From a virus (Duplodnaviria > Caudoviricetes), in IMG/VR virus record IMGVR_UViG_3300048575_000161, positions 1 through 44,752 of that record: a stretch of DNA of 44,752 bases. The stretch is one strand, 5' to 3'. Made by a program: the position numbers and the translations under genes. Shown piece by piece: positions 27,601 to 35,825 of this stretch. The stretch's first letter is position 1, and each line of letters opens with the position of its first letter. A model generated the notes under the pieces. It was not told where the DNA came from. It did not search any database and worked only from the letters and a program-made list of their open reading frames with translations.

Positions 27601-29405
27601 TTCTCTTCGAGCTTGATGACTTTGTTGCCCAATTCTTCGAGATCATAAAGTTGCGGCTGAAGTTCGGCAGGGATGGTCAGCGCAAGCGCCTGTGCCCGTT
27701 CCGTGGCACCGGGAATCTCATTTAATGAGTCCCTGACTTGCTGCTGATAGGCAGCGGCGCCATTGGGACCGCCGAATAGGGTTTCGGCCAAGTTGCGCCA
27801 CTGGGCACGGCGCTGAGCCAGCACGCTGCGCAGATTCTTAATCTTATTGGAGACATCGCGCTCGCTTGATTTTGCCGTTGGGGTTGGCTCGGTAATTTCC
27901 GAATAGTCACTCTCAGGAGAATTCACAACAGTTTCGCGAGAGATCGCCATCGCGGGGGATGGCGCCTGCTCCGAGCGTTGCGCGGACAATACTTCCGTAG
28001 GGGAAACAGCAGCCTGCCGCGCCATCTGAAGTTTTGTTTGCTTAAGTTCATCCGACCCGGCCATGGTCTCGGCCAATTTCCGTTCGGCGGCCGTCATTTT
28101 CATTTTCCCGGCACTCTCGCCGGCCATGGCGCCGCCGGCCAGACCACCAGCAAGGAAGGCCAGTGTTCCAGCCTCAGCCACCCGCTGGGGCATTCGGTCC
28201 ATGCCGTGGGGGTCTCCGGCGGCCGTGTTGAATAGCCCGCCTGCCAGTTCCTGGCCTATTTCAGCCGGCATTTCAGCAATTCCGCCACGTCCGAACCGGG
28301 ACGCGACGCGTCGCGTTAATCCTGCATCCGCACCACCAGCAAGTTTGGCCCCTTCCCCCATGATGCCCTCGAATGGCGCCAGTTCCATCGCGGCGGCCGT
28401 GCCGCCACGCAATGCCAGCATCAGGCCGGCACGTTTTTTTGCCTCCCCTTCCGCAACGCCCTGATCAATCAGGGTGGAAACCAGTTGTTCATAATCCCCA
28501 CCGCCCTCCTGAATCGCTGTCGGCGCCGCGAAACCGATTACCTCGGCCGCCTTGCCCGCGCTTTGCAGCGCGCGCGACAGTCCCATGGACAATGCCATCT
28601 GTGGGATTTGTTCGCCCAGACTAGATTGTGCCCAACGCAAGGCATTGGTCAACCGGTCGCCGTCCGCCAACTGTTTTGCCTCCGATCCAAAGGGGCTAAC
28701 CACGCTTTCATCTCGTGCCGCCAGATCGCTGGATTGAATTTCGCGTCCCGAACGGGCAATCGAACGACCGGCCAACTCCATTGGGTTATCCGGGTAAGGG
28801 GCCAGCTCAGTGCGTGCATAACGGGGAATGCTGAAATCGAACTCGGGCAACGAGGCATCAGTCAGCACGATTTCGCCACGCTGTGCCGCATCGGCCGCGC
28901 GCAGTCGTTGGGCCGCATTAATGGTCTGAGTGGCCTGCTCGGCCTGCAATCGTTCACGCGCCGGCGCGCGCATGACATTCTCAATTAATCCGGCCGTGGC
29001 GTAGGGCAACGCCTGCAGGGCCCCACCGGCACTCTCCACAATCTGGCCGAGGCCGCGCATGGCTCCGCGCGGAATGTCGGTCCACGCGCTGCGGCTGGGG
29101 CTGGGAACTTCGGATGGGCGCACCGGCGCCTCGATCACAGGAGGTGGGGGCGCATTCACGGATGCGGGCGGCAGCAGGATGTTGGGATCGACGGCCCGGT
29201 CAACACGATTTTCGGGAGAGCCGAATTCCTGATCTAAAGCCGCAAATAATTCCTCGCGCGTGATGCCGGTGCGCCCTAGATCTTTTTGCCGGGGCTTTGG
29301 CTGAGGCCGTAAGAGTGACTCAGGGATCGTCACAAGTGCATTGTTATCCGCCGGGATCGGGGGCAAAGCCAAGATATCGGCGTCAGAAAGTCGAATGCCG
29401 GGCAT
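21567..29405 (-). CDS. Large polyvalent protein / probable internal virion (ejection) protein
   Basis: 2612 aa, last gene of the virion operon; zincin-like HEAGH..EEVLAD, DdrB-ParB-like QPRDY..GPPMV..GGNGRTM, LPD3-like VTNQETGWKI..FYDHEL. Confidence 0.8.
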   Translation of the reverse strand: MPGIRLSDADILALPPIPADNNALVTIPESLLRPQPKPRQKDLGRTGITREELFAALDQEFGSPENRVDRAVDPNILLPPASVNAPPPPVIEAPVRPSEVPSPSRSAWTDIPRGAMRGLGQIVESAGGALQALPYATAGLIENVMRAPARERLQAEQATQTINAAQRLRAADAAQRGEIVLTDASLPEFDFSIPRYARTELAPYPDNPMELAGRSIARSGREIQSSDLAARDESVVSPFGSEAKQLADGDRLTNALRWAQSSLGEQIPQMALSMGLSRALQSAGKAAEVIGFAAPTAIQEGGGDYEQLVSTLIDQGVAEGEAKKRAGLMLALRGGTAAAMELAPFEGIMGEGAKLAGGADAGLTRRVASRFGRGGIAEMPAEIGQELAGGLFNTAAGDPHGMDRMPQRVAEAGTLAFLAGGLAGGAMAGESAGKMKMTAAERKLAETMAGSDELKQTKLQMARQAAVSPTEVLSAQRSEQAPSPAMAISRETVVNSPESDYSEITEPTPTAKSSERDVSNKIKNLRSVLAQRRAQWRNLAETLFGGPNGAAAYQQQVRDSLNEIPGATERAQALALTIPAELQPQLYDLEELGNKVIKLEEKIYGLAKQEMQAAPEIPAAPAADVIPQKGAPNNGTLQTQGGRQEVAAAPAPDAEPEVTPSKQTPALPTAAPIESVQAAETAPTMAYRRPYSPAERSTRQEAVDWLNNALAGQQTGEVAAQRELSEGSAAGRPRTTGETTTTPPFTLDERPLVLKSTRTRLAELVARKVFGRTLVPIRGGEYAPAVAGVYANSNPDFIYWNTATEHPVLRVVAHEAGHALVGDLQGSAELNQYWEALGQSMDVARWVRDYRQRHPIAANQPEHVLREEVLADQLAQNIANPKFWRAVRDANPTVFNRLAWRVMDLIDRIDRALRDRLNPRDVEKQMNEAGLLKTRALLAKLVAEGQRRTADRRRIGGDTATTTRGERESTVGRPWVYYHPGIEQRFNVHYRLVPVNAVVASHNAQSFAPRPEYPQQVQPRDYARDKEEQVKVISGAARLNPYNMVSNEVGPAGGPPMVVRNPERRSQWIALGGNGRTMMIQRALELHPQQYQQYRTHLAERAGEFGLTPEAVKSDTPMMLVREMDLTPQEWELFARESNRKGTLEYDEISEAINLARNLDERVLLQGINLDGDQTIADVLNDADKVDRFIDALRSAGAITNQNSGKYVRHTADGDRLTEAGRRLVEQALMAKVFEGPNEREALNLIQQWPALQRSLSASLTPLVQVKRLLEQGLDPAYDLAGIVYQLAEAARRTGTTNLEDFEATNDWVTPLAADDRTAARILLPVLTSPAKLRERLKGYAALAESALNNQGGMLPLERSQVLQGWADELGLRLLPEEKQATEPRREPPQQGELFRSTLDMAGTPQSVLDRVGPAEAPPGVPDMFTGEMAPEKPAARSARPQPTAKVAQPDFLRFMPSEERLREIKGRYDVTLPVIISGHEIDAFDEPLNMKELRAKARTWAAKQLPRSVTNQETGWKIEVRPSGVRSALAHGSGPVKIQAIAGIGELLKRAVLITTDHRTSGPWLDRHVFAAPLKVGGTDYHVGLVVREDTGGRLFYDHELMEVESPSGIPSQAGASPKAEQSPPGGLPVHSILQTMLGVNASEKTGEGEAIPTGEDLRFMADRREASDNEQETLKPKNLREKAAAIRERGLIDWAKSKFRARGDLPQEVFELNELRQASIGAEQTRLKHLEADLDRAINVEYKSKFNMPADVRNTLNRALHGGRHIAKLPLRLQAPVIALRARIDELSVQLLDSGMVDGPLKATLEKRLGSYVHRSYRISDEGEKWLKVIPRQAYDSAIAWTRDNMIRNRAFGRLDAAEEAWRKEQESGAAQAGGEPAIMPARDMFDYASEDAIRREIAKAEEEITWQQAESHLLNFLFERALKPDQRSSPPPALKIGQKDLSIFMRRTNVAPEIRAVMGEYEDAEVNAAKTITKQSMLLANETFLRKVRNAGMGVYLFEPGDAPIGFNAKIAAEGSQVLAPLNGLFTAPEIVEAFEALDKSKEVDHWFWTGLMAVNAFAKTMKTVGSVMTQSRNLLGQPFFHALSGHFNLSRYGAGLRAVLTDWGRMRSSEQRERLYHYVELGLLHNSAIAEELRNVMSDAGLRLNQQYAPAKTRIRKFLRVWRPALNAPIALYEASDSLGKIVGFENEAARQRRVHPDWTTEQVEREAVTRVLNTYPTYSRVSKFFQQARRQPFFGPFVAFNYEALRTLWHSARYAALDLRSDNKAQRLAGAERLAGLSLALGSGAVLALASRLMLGLSPDDDKDFRRFLPDWSRSSTMIMLSRNLKDGRASAFDLSSYNPYNTFTDSFSELMMAAWTFDASHVKNAAKEILDPWVSEQLFFSRLMDVRSNKTQTGQRVYNPEDSPTRQAASIGKYVGMALLPGTVERIFRKIIPALRGQTTPYGQKLDPAVEITAELTGARVTNIDYRQALQFKMRNFIRASHDVTTQFTNPLTSMSPISPQSVLDDYLYQEGRRMKLWRETYDTVRAARRQGVPDHEIVPILDAAGWSRANAVALARARYEPYSLWSRTGTAGSALERARQIDPKRVPVKELKALERQRRGLGLED

Positions 29406-29416
29406 GCTGCTATGTC

Positions 29417-30592
29417 CTAACGTTCGGGGATGCCCAGCCCTTTACGCACCATGCGCTCTACGGTCTGACTGGGGGTATCGGGGTAGCGCCGCAACGCTTC
29501 TTCAAGGATGGCCTGTTCGTCGTCCCATAGCGCGGCAGGAGGCTGATAGGCGTCGCGGCGCAATTCATTGGCATTGCGCGCCGTGTCTATCGCTTCCAGC
29601 GCTTGGGCATATTCCGGACTACGTTTCCACTTGGATACGCGTTGCCGATAATCAGGACTGTCCAAGGTTCCGTCGGATGCCAGCGCCTCTTTGTCCATGC
29701 GCTCCTGTTGACTGGCCATCCAAGCCTTTTTCTCGCGCGCCAGACTGTTCGACGCAGTGACCGACGTATCGAATTGGCGTTGTCCCTCGCGTTTGCGAGC
29801 CTGCAAATCTCGCTTATTGCCTTTGGCCGCCTGTTCGATCATTTTTTCCTGCAACGCGCGATGTTTGGCTTCATCCACCCAGCGAATGGCCTGTTCAGCA
29901 TCGTCGGGCGTCGGCAGAGGTTCAATCGGCATGCCAGTCTGCTCACGCTTTTGCGCCTCGATCAGCGCCTTGCGCGCCACGTCTTCGCGCTGGCGCAAAT
30001 TGGCCGCCCCCTGCAGCATCTGTTGCGCGCGACCCGCCTGCTGATTCAGCATCTCACCCAGTCTATTCAACTCTCGTTCCTGCCGGTTCGAAAGCTGCCC
30101 AGCGCCTGCAAGAAAATCATAGCGGGCTTTTGCTTTGCTCAAAGGGCTGAAGGGATCATCGGGATTAGCCAGCCGTTGCAGGCGCTTTTCGGTGGCGCGA
30201 TCCAATTCATTGGCGAGGCGTTCACTTTGCGCCTGTCGAAACTGATCCCGGGCCTGTGCCGTATCGGCCTGCAGCCGCTGTCCTACCAGCGCACGTTCTG
30301 TTTGATCAGCCTCCGCCGACCGCCTTGCATGTGAAACATCCCATGCCACGGGATCGAACACTTTGGGAGCACTTGCCGCCTCAACCAATTGCAGGCTGTC
30401 GGTGTTGCCGCCCAGGAACGCTTCGGCGTTGTTGCCCGGGTAGGTGTCGAGAGCACGCGCCCATGGCTCATTCGGATCGGCAGGCATCGGTAGAGGGCCG
30501 TCATAAATGGAGCTGCCAGCGACGGGAGCAACAAATTGCTGTCCCGGAATTACAGGGGCGCGCAGTTGAGCGATGGTTGAACCGAACGGCAT
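29417..30592 (-). CDS. Putative internal virion/ejection protein
   Basis: 391 aa, Ala/Gln/Arg-rich and helical; position before the giant gene; GGAGGTG RBS. Confidence 0.6.
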   Translation of the reverse strand: MPFGSTIAQLRAPVIPGQQFVAPVAGSSIYDGPLPMPADPNEPWARALDTYPGNNAEAFLGGNTDSLQLVEAASAPKVFDPVAWDVSHARRSAEADQTERALVGQRLQADTAQARDQFRQAQSERLANELDRATEKRLQRLANPDDPFSPLSKAKARYDFLAGAGQLSNRQERELNRLGEMLNQQAGRAQQMLQGAANLRQREDVARKALIEAQKREQTGMPIEPLPTPDDAEQAIRWVDEAKHRALQEKMIEQAAKGNKRDLQARKREGQRQFDTSVTASNSLAREKKAWMASQQERMDKEALASDGTLDSPDYRQRVSKWKRSPEYAQALEAIDTARNANELRRDAYQPPAALWDDEQAILEEALRRYPDTPSQTVERMVRKGLGIPER

Positions 30593-30622
30593 TCTTCACC
30601 TCCAAAAGACTCGATGTAGGGG

Positions 30623-31177
30623 CTAATAACGAAAGTTCCGATACCTATAGCGAGCCAAAAGCGATGTATTGGGAAGTTGTGTTTCAAGGGGTGTCTGCGC
30701 CCGCTGCGCCGCCAGCGCGGCCTGTTGCGCCTGCTTTTGCAGGTTAAGCTGCTGCTGCTGAATCGATTGATTACTGCGGAGCTGCTCAACATTCATCAGC
30801 AGATTGGCCTTATTCGTCGCCTGCTCGGCATTTGCCTGGCGCCCCTGAAGCTGCGCGTCAAGCAGTGCCGACGCACTGCGCGCCGCCGCGCCGCCGGCCG
30901 CCTGGTTGGCCAGGAAGCTGTACATCGGGCTGGTGGCGCCGCCCAGCCGCGCCGCCGTTTGCGCATTGGCGGTGTTGGCGGCCGTCTCATTTTGCCCGCG
31001 CAGTTTGGTGGCCCAGCGCAGCCAGTCATTGTCGCTGTAAAGCTGGCCGGGCACGCTCTGCACGGCGCTGTTGAGCGCCGCACTTTCCGCGCTGGTGTCG
31101 GTGTTTTGCTTGCGGAGCTTGGAAGCGTCATAAAAGATGTTGGACGCCCCGCGCATTTGAACGGCTGCCATGATCAC
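30623..31177 (-). CDS. Putative small ejection protein
   Basis: 184 aa, Ala/Gln/Asn-rich; first of three genes of increasing size. Confidence 0.55.
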   Translation of the reverse strand: MIMAAVQMRGASNIFYDASKLRKQNTDTSAESAALNSAVQSVPGQLYSDNDWLRWATKLRGQNETAANTANAQTAARLGGATSPMYSFLANQAAGGAAARSASALLDAQLQGRQANAEQATNKANLLMNVEQLRSNQSIQQQQLNLQKQAQQAALAAQRAQTPLETQLPNTSLLARYRYRNFRY

Positions 31178-31674
31178 TTTCCTTTCAGGTGGTACTCATA
31201 CAAGACCATTGCATTATTCAGTAGATCGTCGGGCACAACCCACCCGGCCGCAATCTCATACTGCGCCATGGCGCGAAGAATTTTTGCGGACAACTCGCGG
31301 CTGTCGTCCAGCAAGTGTCGTTTGGCATCAAACAGCACAATGGGCGTAGTGATCGCAATACCTGCACGACGCGCAACGAATACCGCTTCGTCGTTTGGGT
31401 CGTTTCGCAGTCCGCCGGGAATGCTCCCCTGGGTATCACTCGCCGGCGCGTATTCGGCAAACAGCGCCGCCAGCGTGCGCTGGCCATCGAGCACGATGTC
31501 GTGGCTTAAATCCATCAGCGCCGCGCGCGCGGAATAAAGCTCGTGCACAAAGATGGCATGCCCCACGGCATCGCTGCCGAGGCTGCCCAGCCAGGGGCCG
31601 TCCTGGCCCTTGCCGAGCTGCTTCATGTTCCACCAGTTGCGATTGACGACCGCCGGCAGGCCTTGAATGCTCAT
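31174..31674 (-). CDS. Putative lysozyme-like cell-wall hydrolase (NNPGNI-type family)
   Basis: NRNWWNMK..W.G...F..ARA..L...TLAALFAEYAP..ND...VARRAG...AMAQYE is a divergent version of the NNPGNI...WAP..END...HE pattern. Confidence 0.6.
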   Translation of the reverse strand: MSIQGLPAVVNRNWWNMKQLGKGQDGPWLGSLGSDAVGHAIFVHELYSARAALMDLSHDIVLDGQRTLAALFAEYAPASDTQGSIPGGLRNDPNDEAVFVARRAGIAITTPIVLFDAKRHLLDDSRELSAKILRAMAQYEIAAGWVVPDDLLNNAMVLYEYHLKGK

Positions 31675-31687
31675 CGCCTCACTCCTT

Positions 31688-32203
31688 CTATGAAATCACT
31701 CCCACGATCCCTTTCAGGATGGTGGGCCAATAGGGTTTCAGGGCCGTGTAAATCGCCCCCAGCGAACCGCTGCAACACAGCGCGCCCGTGGCCGTCGCCA
31801 TGGCGTAGTAGCGCCACATGTTCCGGGGCTGATTCCAGCGGAAACATTCACGGCAGGTGCGCCCGAACGAGCCGGGGATCAGACCACCATAGGTCACGGC
31901 CAGGAAGAAAATCAGCCCCACATAGCAGTGCAGCACACGGCGCGCGCTGGTCATGCCCTTGGATCGGCGCACGATACCAGCCCACAGCAGCAGGTCGGCC
32001 ATCAGCTTGTCCGCGCCGTCACCGCCGATCTCATATTCCACATCGTGCCAATGGCAATCCTGGTTGAAGTCCAGCTTGGGAATGATCGCCATGAGCCATC
32101 CCAGCTTGGCCGGTCCGCAATATTGTTTTGCGGGATCATAAGTGGAATCGTCCACGAGATAATCCGGGGGCGGGTTGGGGACAAGCGACACCATGGCGAT
32201 CAA
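31688..32203 (-). CDS. Phospholipase A2-like (CxxHDxxY) membrane protein
   Basis: YCGP...FNQDCHWHDVEY..GG...K..AD, followed by hydrophobic segments. Confidence 0.55.
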   Translation of the reverse strand: MIAMVSLVPNPPPDYLVDDSTYDPAKQYCGPAKLGWLMAIIPKLDFNQDCHWHDVEYEIGGDGADKLMADLLLWAGIVRRSKGMTSARRVLHCYVGLIFFLAVTYGGLIPGSFGRTCRECFRWNQPRNMWRYYAMATATGALCCSGSLGAIYTALKPYWPTILKGIVGVIS

Positions 32204-32249
32204 TCCATTTCAGCTTCATCAGGCTCCCAACAGCAGCGGGGAGAGGTAT

Positions 32250-32699
32250 TTAGCCGCATGCAGCACAGCCGGCCAATAAGGCCAGGTCACGATGACGGTC
32301 AGGACCGCCGCGAAAAGAACTGAGCGCGGTGCTTGTGGCGGAGTCCGCCGCCTCGGCCGTGACATTCCCCGAATTGAGTGCATCCAAAATGAGCTGGATC
32401 TGTGCGGCCTGCGCGGGCGTGATCTTGCCGCTGGCCTCAAGGCCGGCCAGGGCCAGCTTGCCGAGCGCGGCCAGATCGACATTGGTGCCGGTGACCGAAT
32501 CAATGGCGCTGTTGATCAGCACGGCTTGGTCGGGCGTGATTTTTCCCTGGCTCTGGGCGATGGCGACGCCGACCTTGGCGACCGGCTTGAGCTTTGCCAG
32601 AGTCTCGGCATTGCCTGCGCTGAGGGAGGCGCAGCCAACCGGAAGAAGAGCCGTCGCGGCCAAGAGCAGCAGCGCGGAAAACGTGAGCAGCTTACGCAT
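32250..32699 (-). CDS. Putative lipoprotein in the lysis cassette
   Basis: MRKLLTFSALLLLAATALLPVG-C; internal repeat GKITPDQA / GKITPAQA; AAGGAG RBS. Confidence 0.65.
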   Translation of the reverse strand: MRKLLTFSALLLLAATALLPVGCASLSAGNAETLAKLKPVAKVGVAIAQSQGKITPDQAVLINSAIDSVTGTNVDLAALGKLALAGLEASGKITPAQAAQIQLILDALNSGNVTAEAADSATSTALSSFRGGPDRHRDLALLAGCAACG

Positions 32700-32744
32700 G
32701 GGGTTTCTCCTTGGATCGGTGAAACGATCCGGTTTCAAAGGGGT

Positions 32745-32963
32745 TTAGGGGTTTCGCTTGGCGTCATTCCACTTGTCCAGGCGGCTGAGAATCATTTGCG
32801 TGTTGGTCTTGATTTCAGCCTGCGAGATTTCGAGCGCGCGCACTCGATTCTCGGTTTCGGTCTGGCGGGCATCCTGCCGGTTCCAGACCCACACGCTGAG
32901 GCCCAGCAGGGCGGTCACGAGTGCGTTTGTGATCCAAGGGGGTAGTTTTTGCTGCGGGGGCAT
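32745..32963 (-). CDS. Holin-like single-TM coiled-coil protein
   Basis: TM WITNALVTALLGLSVWVW followed by a short coiled coil; first gene after the tail fibre. Confidence 0.55.
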   Translation of the reverse strand: MPPQQKLPPWITNALVTALLGLSVWVWNRQDARQTETENRVRALEISQAEIKTNTQMILSRLDKWNDAKRNP

Positions 32964-33009
32964 GGGGCAAAGCCTTAAGGTGTGATAACAGGCCGCGGAA
33001 GCTGGCGCG

Positions 33010-35295
33010 CTAATAGGTCAGGATTTTGAATTGCTGTGTCATCAGGTAGAGGGCGCGGATTTCTGACGCCGGCAAGGCGCGGTTCCAGATCATGATTTCA
33101 TCGATATTCCCGCTGAAATTTGAACCGCCGGTGTAATTGCAACCGGTCCAAAAGCTACTGCTGGAATCGGTCAGGGTGTAAGCGCTGATGGCCGAAACAG
33201 ATCCCGTTCCAACTGCTACGCCATCAACGTAGGCCGTCACATTTCCGGAACGGATGATCGACCATGTGACAAGATGCCAGTTGCCGTCGCTGATGGTGGT
33301 TGATCCGATGGCGCCGACATTCAGCGCGGTACCGCCGTTGTACCAGAGTTGCAGCGCGGGCTTGCCGGCCGTGAAATAGGCCAGATAGCCTTCATGCGCC
33401 GCGGCGCCTTTTGAGATGATCACCATGCTTGTCGTGCTGGTAGTTCGTACCCACGCTGACAGCGTGAAATTGGTCGTGCCGACGTTGAACTTATTACCCC
33501 ATTCAGATGCGCCGGTGCCGAAGCCGCCGCATTGGCCGATGGATTGACGGCCATTGGCGTCCGTGATCATGCCGCCCAGCGTGGCGTAATCCACTACGGG
33601 GCCTGTGCCGGTCACATAATCCTTGAGAGGGTCCGTTTCATAGGGGATGAAGGCGAGCATTGAAACATTGGAGACGGCCGATTGCACGCCACCCAATCCC
33701 GTGCCGCCGTTGGCCATGGGCAGCGTCCCAGACACACAACTACCCAATGGCAGATAATCATAGGCGATATCGGCACTCGTCCCCTTGCTTACCAGCGGCA
33801 GGCCGATGGTTGAACTGGGAACAAGCTGGCCCCACACACTCGATCCACGCGTGACGATGGCGCCGCGACTCACGCCGATCATATCCAGCACGGCGCTGGC
33901 CGACAGATCGGTCGGAGCGGCGGCGGAAACGTTGCCGTTGCCCTTCACGGTTTTGGCCGTCATGTTGGCCAGCTTCGCATTGGTCACTGCGCTGTTGGCA
34001 ATTGTACCCGCGACGCTGCCGGGGCCGGTCGCCGTCACGTCGCCGGTCAAGGCCGTGATGGCATTGGCATAAGATGGAGTGACCCAGCTACCGTTACCTG
34101 CCGTGTCCGAGGCGGTCCAAATTTTCCCCGCGCCCGGCGAGCCGCCGTTAATGCGCCAAGTTGAACTCGTGGCGGCCAAGCCGGAATTTTCAATGGCAAA
34201 GCGCTGCTGTGGTGTGCCGCTGCCGGTTGATCCTTTAAAAATCAATGCGGGGCTTTGATAGGCCACGGCATGCAGGGCCGCCGTTCCGGTGGTGGTGGCA
34301 ACATAGGCTCCAATTCCTGCATTGGAAGTCACTTGCAGCCCCGGAGCATCCCACGAATAGGCGGTAATGCCGGGACCACCCACGCCCGAGGTTTCGACAT
34401 ACAGGCCTGAAGTATTGACCGGGGGCCGAATCTGCTGTTGTTCAGCAAAGATATTCGTCTGATCAATGAAGGCAATCCGGCCGTAATCGATCAGGGACAA
34501 ATAGCCATCCGCGGCGGCGCTGGCCTGCGTGATCCCGAGTATCAGGTCGCCGCTCAGCGCACTGCCGCCTGTAAGCGGGGCATTGGTTGTGATGATGCGG
34601 GTAAGGGGAACATAACGGGTATCGGCCGACGCCGTGGTGATACCGCCGCCGGTCGGCAAGGTCTGCCAGGTCTTGTCGCCGCGCCAATACTGCGCCGTTG
34701 TCCCGGCCGTGATAGCCGGCTCTTTGCCATTGAAAATCGACCAGTCGCCTTTGCTGAGCGCGCCCGACGTGGTGGCGCTGGCGGTGGTAATGCTGATTGC
34801 GCCGGTCAGTGCATTGAACACCAGCGGCGAAATAGCGCTGAGAGCCGCGCGCACGCGGGCATCACTGAAATAAAGATTGCTCCCCTCGGGGAGATCGCTC
34901 GTGCTGCGCGTGCCCAGCCAAGTGAGCGCGCGCGCATCGTTGTGATACTGCGGATGATCATCGGCGCCAAGGTTGGCCAGGTCGCTGTGACTGATGCTGC
35001 CGGGCGCGGGCGTGGGCGCCGCGGGGGGATAGGCCGCGCCGTTGATTGTGGTCACGCCATCAATGGTCTTGACCGTGGCCGTGGTGGCCGACAGCGACAG
35101 CGTGGTCGTGTGGCTGCTGCGGGTGTCGCCCTCAATGGTCAGCGTGTTGCCCTGGTCATTCCAGTGCACCCGGGCGATGTCTTTGGTCTGCCAGCCGTCG
35201 GGAGCGCGCGCAATGAGCGGGAAATCCGCGCCATGCGCACAGCCGCCAAGGATAAGCATCCAGCAGGCAAAGAAGATGGAAGCGTGGTGTGTCAT
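33010..35295 (-). CDS. Tail fibre/receptor-binding protein with C-terminal LamG (concanavalin-like) domain
   Basis: Fibre motifs DDHPQY, LPEGSNLYF, GTTAQYWRGDKTW, LTGDVTA..VTNAKLANM; LamG motifs FTLSAWV, DGNWHLV, YVDG, FSGNIDEIMIWNRAL; start 35295 (ATGA overlap). Confidence 0.8.
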   Translation of the reverse strand: MTHHASIFFACWMLILGGCAHGADFPLIARAPDGWQTKDIARVHWNDQGNTLTIEGDTRSSHTTTLSLSATTATVKTIDGVTTINGAAYPPAAPTPAPGSISHSDLANLGADDHPQYHNDARALTWLGTRSTSDLPEGSNLYFSDARVRAALSAISPLVFNALTGAISITTASATTSGALSKGDWSIFNGKEPAITAGTTAQYWRGDKTWQTLPTGGGITTASADTRYVPLTRIITTNAPLTGGSALSGDLILGITQASAAADGYLSLIDYGRIAFIDQTNIFAEQQQIRPPVNTSGLYVETSGVGGPGITAYSWDAPGLQVTSNAGIGAYVATTTGTAALHAVAYQSPALIFKGSTGSGTPQQRFAIENSGLAATSSTWRINGGSPGAGKIWTASDTAGNGSWVTPSYANAITALTGDVTATGPGSVAGTIANSAVTNAKLANMTAKTVKGNGNVSAAAPTDLSASAVLDMIGVSRGAIVTRGSSVWGQLVPSSTIGLPLVSKGTSADIAYDYLPLGSCVSGTLPMANGGTGLGGVQSAVSNVSMLAFIPYETDPLKDYVTGTGPVVDYATLGGMITDANGRQSIGQCGGFGTGASEWGNKFNVGTTNFTLSAWVRTTSTTSMVIISKGAAAHEGYLAYFTAGKPALQLWYNGGTALNVGAIGSTTISDGNWHLVTWSIIRSGNVTAYVDGVAVGTGSVSAISAYTLTDSSSSFWTGCNYTGGSNFSGNIDEIMIWNRALPASEIRALYLMTQQFKILTY

Positions 35296-35825
35296 GCTGT
35301 CACCGCCAATCCGATTAAGTTGGTCCAAACGTCGATGGTGCCGTCCGCGTTCGGCGTGCGGCTGGCAAAGTGCCCCACACGCACACGTCCGCCACTGGTG
35401 GCCGCCGGCTGTACTTTGCCGGGCGCTTCGCTAAGCCAGACCGCATCGCCCTGCGTGGGCGATGTCAGTGGATCAGCGAGGCGCAGTGCATAATTGCCAA
35501 GACTGCCCAGCTTGACCGGCATGCCAGGGGTGCCGGTTTCCATGGCGTACCAGAGCGGCAGAATCAGCGTGGCCCCGGCCTGCGCGAGCGCCAGCACGCC
35601 GGCGCTGTCGCGCCCCACCAGGTCGCCCGGGGCCAGCACGTCGCTGCCGTCATGCCAGGCGACCGTGATGCCCGGTTGAATGGCGCCAATCGCGGAGCTC
35701 AATTTGTCCAGCTTGGCGCTGATCCGGTTGATCTCGTTCACAATGAGATCGACCTCGTGATTCAGCTCTTGCTTGCCGAAATCATGCACGCGGGGCGCCA
35801 GGGCTTGAGGCGTAATCTGCAACAT
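35292..35825 (-). CDS. Putative virion structural protein
   Basis: 177 aa; N-terminal coiled coil and a beta-rich GDAVWLS..G.V domain; between tail genes. Confidence 0.6.
   Translation of the reverse strand: MLQITPQALAPRVHDFGKQELNHEVDLIVNEINRISAKLDKLSSAIGAIQPGITVAWHDGSDVLAPGDLVGRDSAGVLALAQAGATLILPLWYAMETGTPGMPVKLGSLGNYALRLADPLTSPTQGDAVWLSEAPGKVQPAATSGGRVRVGHFASRTPNADGTIDVWTNLIGLAVTA

Noticed and set aside
21110-29384. Inverted homologous segments as ends of an invertible cassette flipped by the adjacent recombinase
   Set aside because: The copies differ at about half of synonymous sites and share only short identical runs, so conservation is at protein level. Inversion is not fully excluded without read data.
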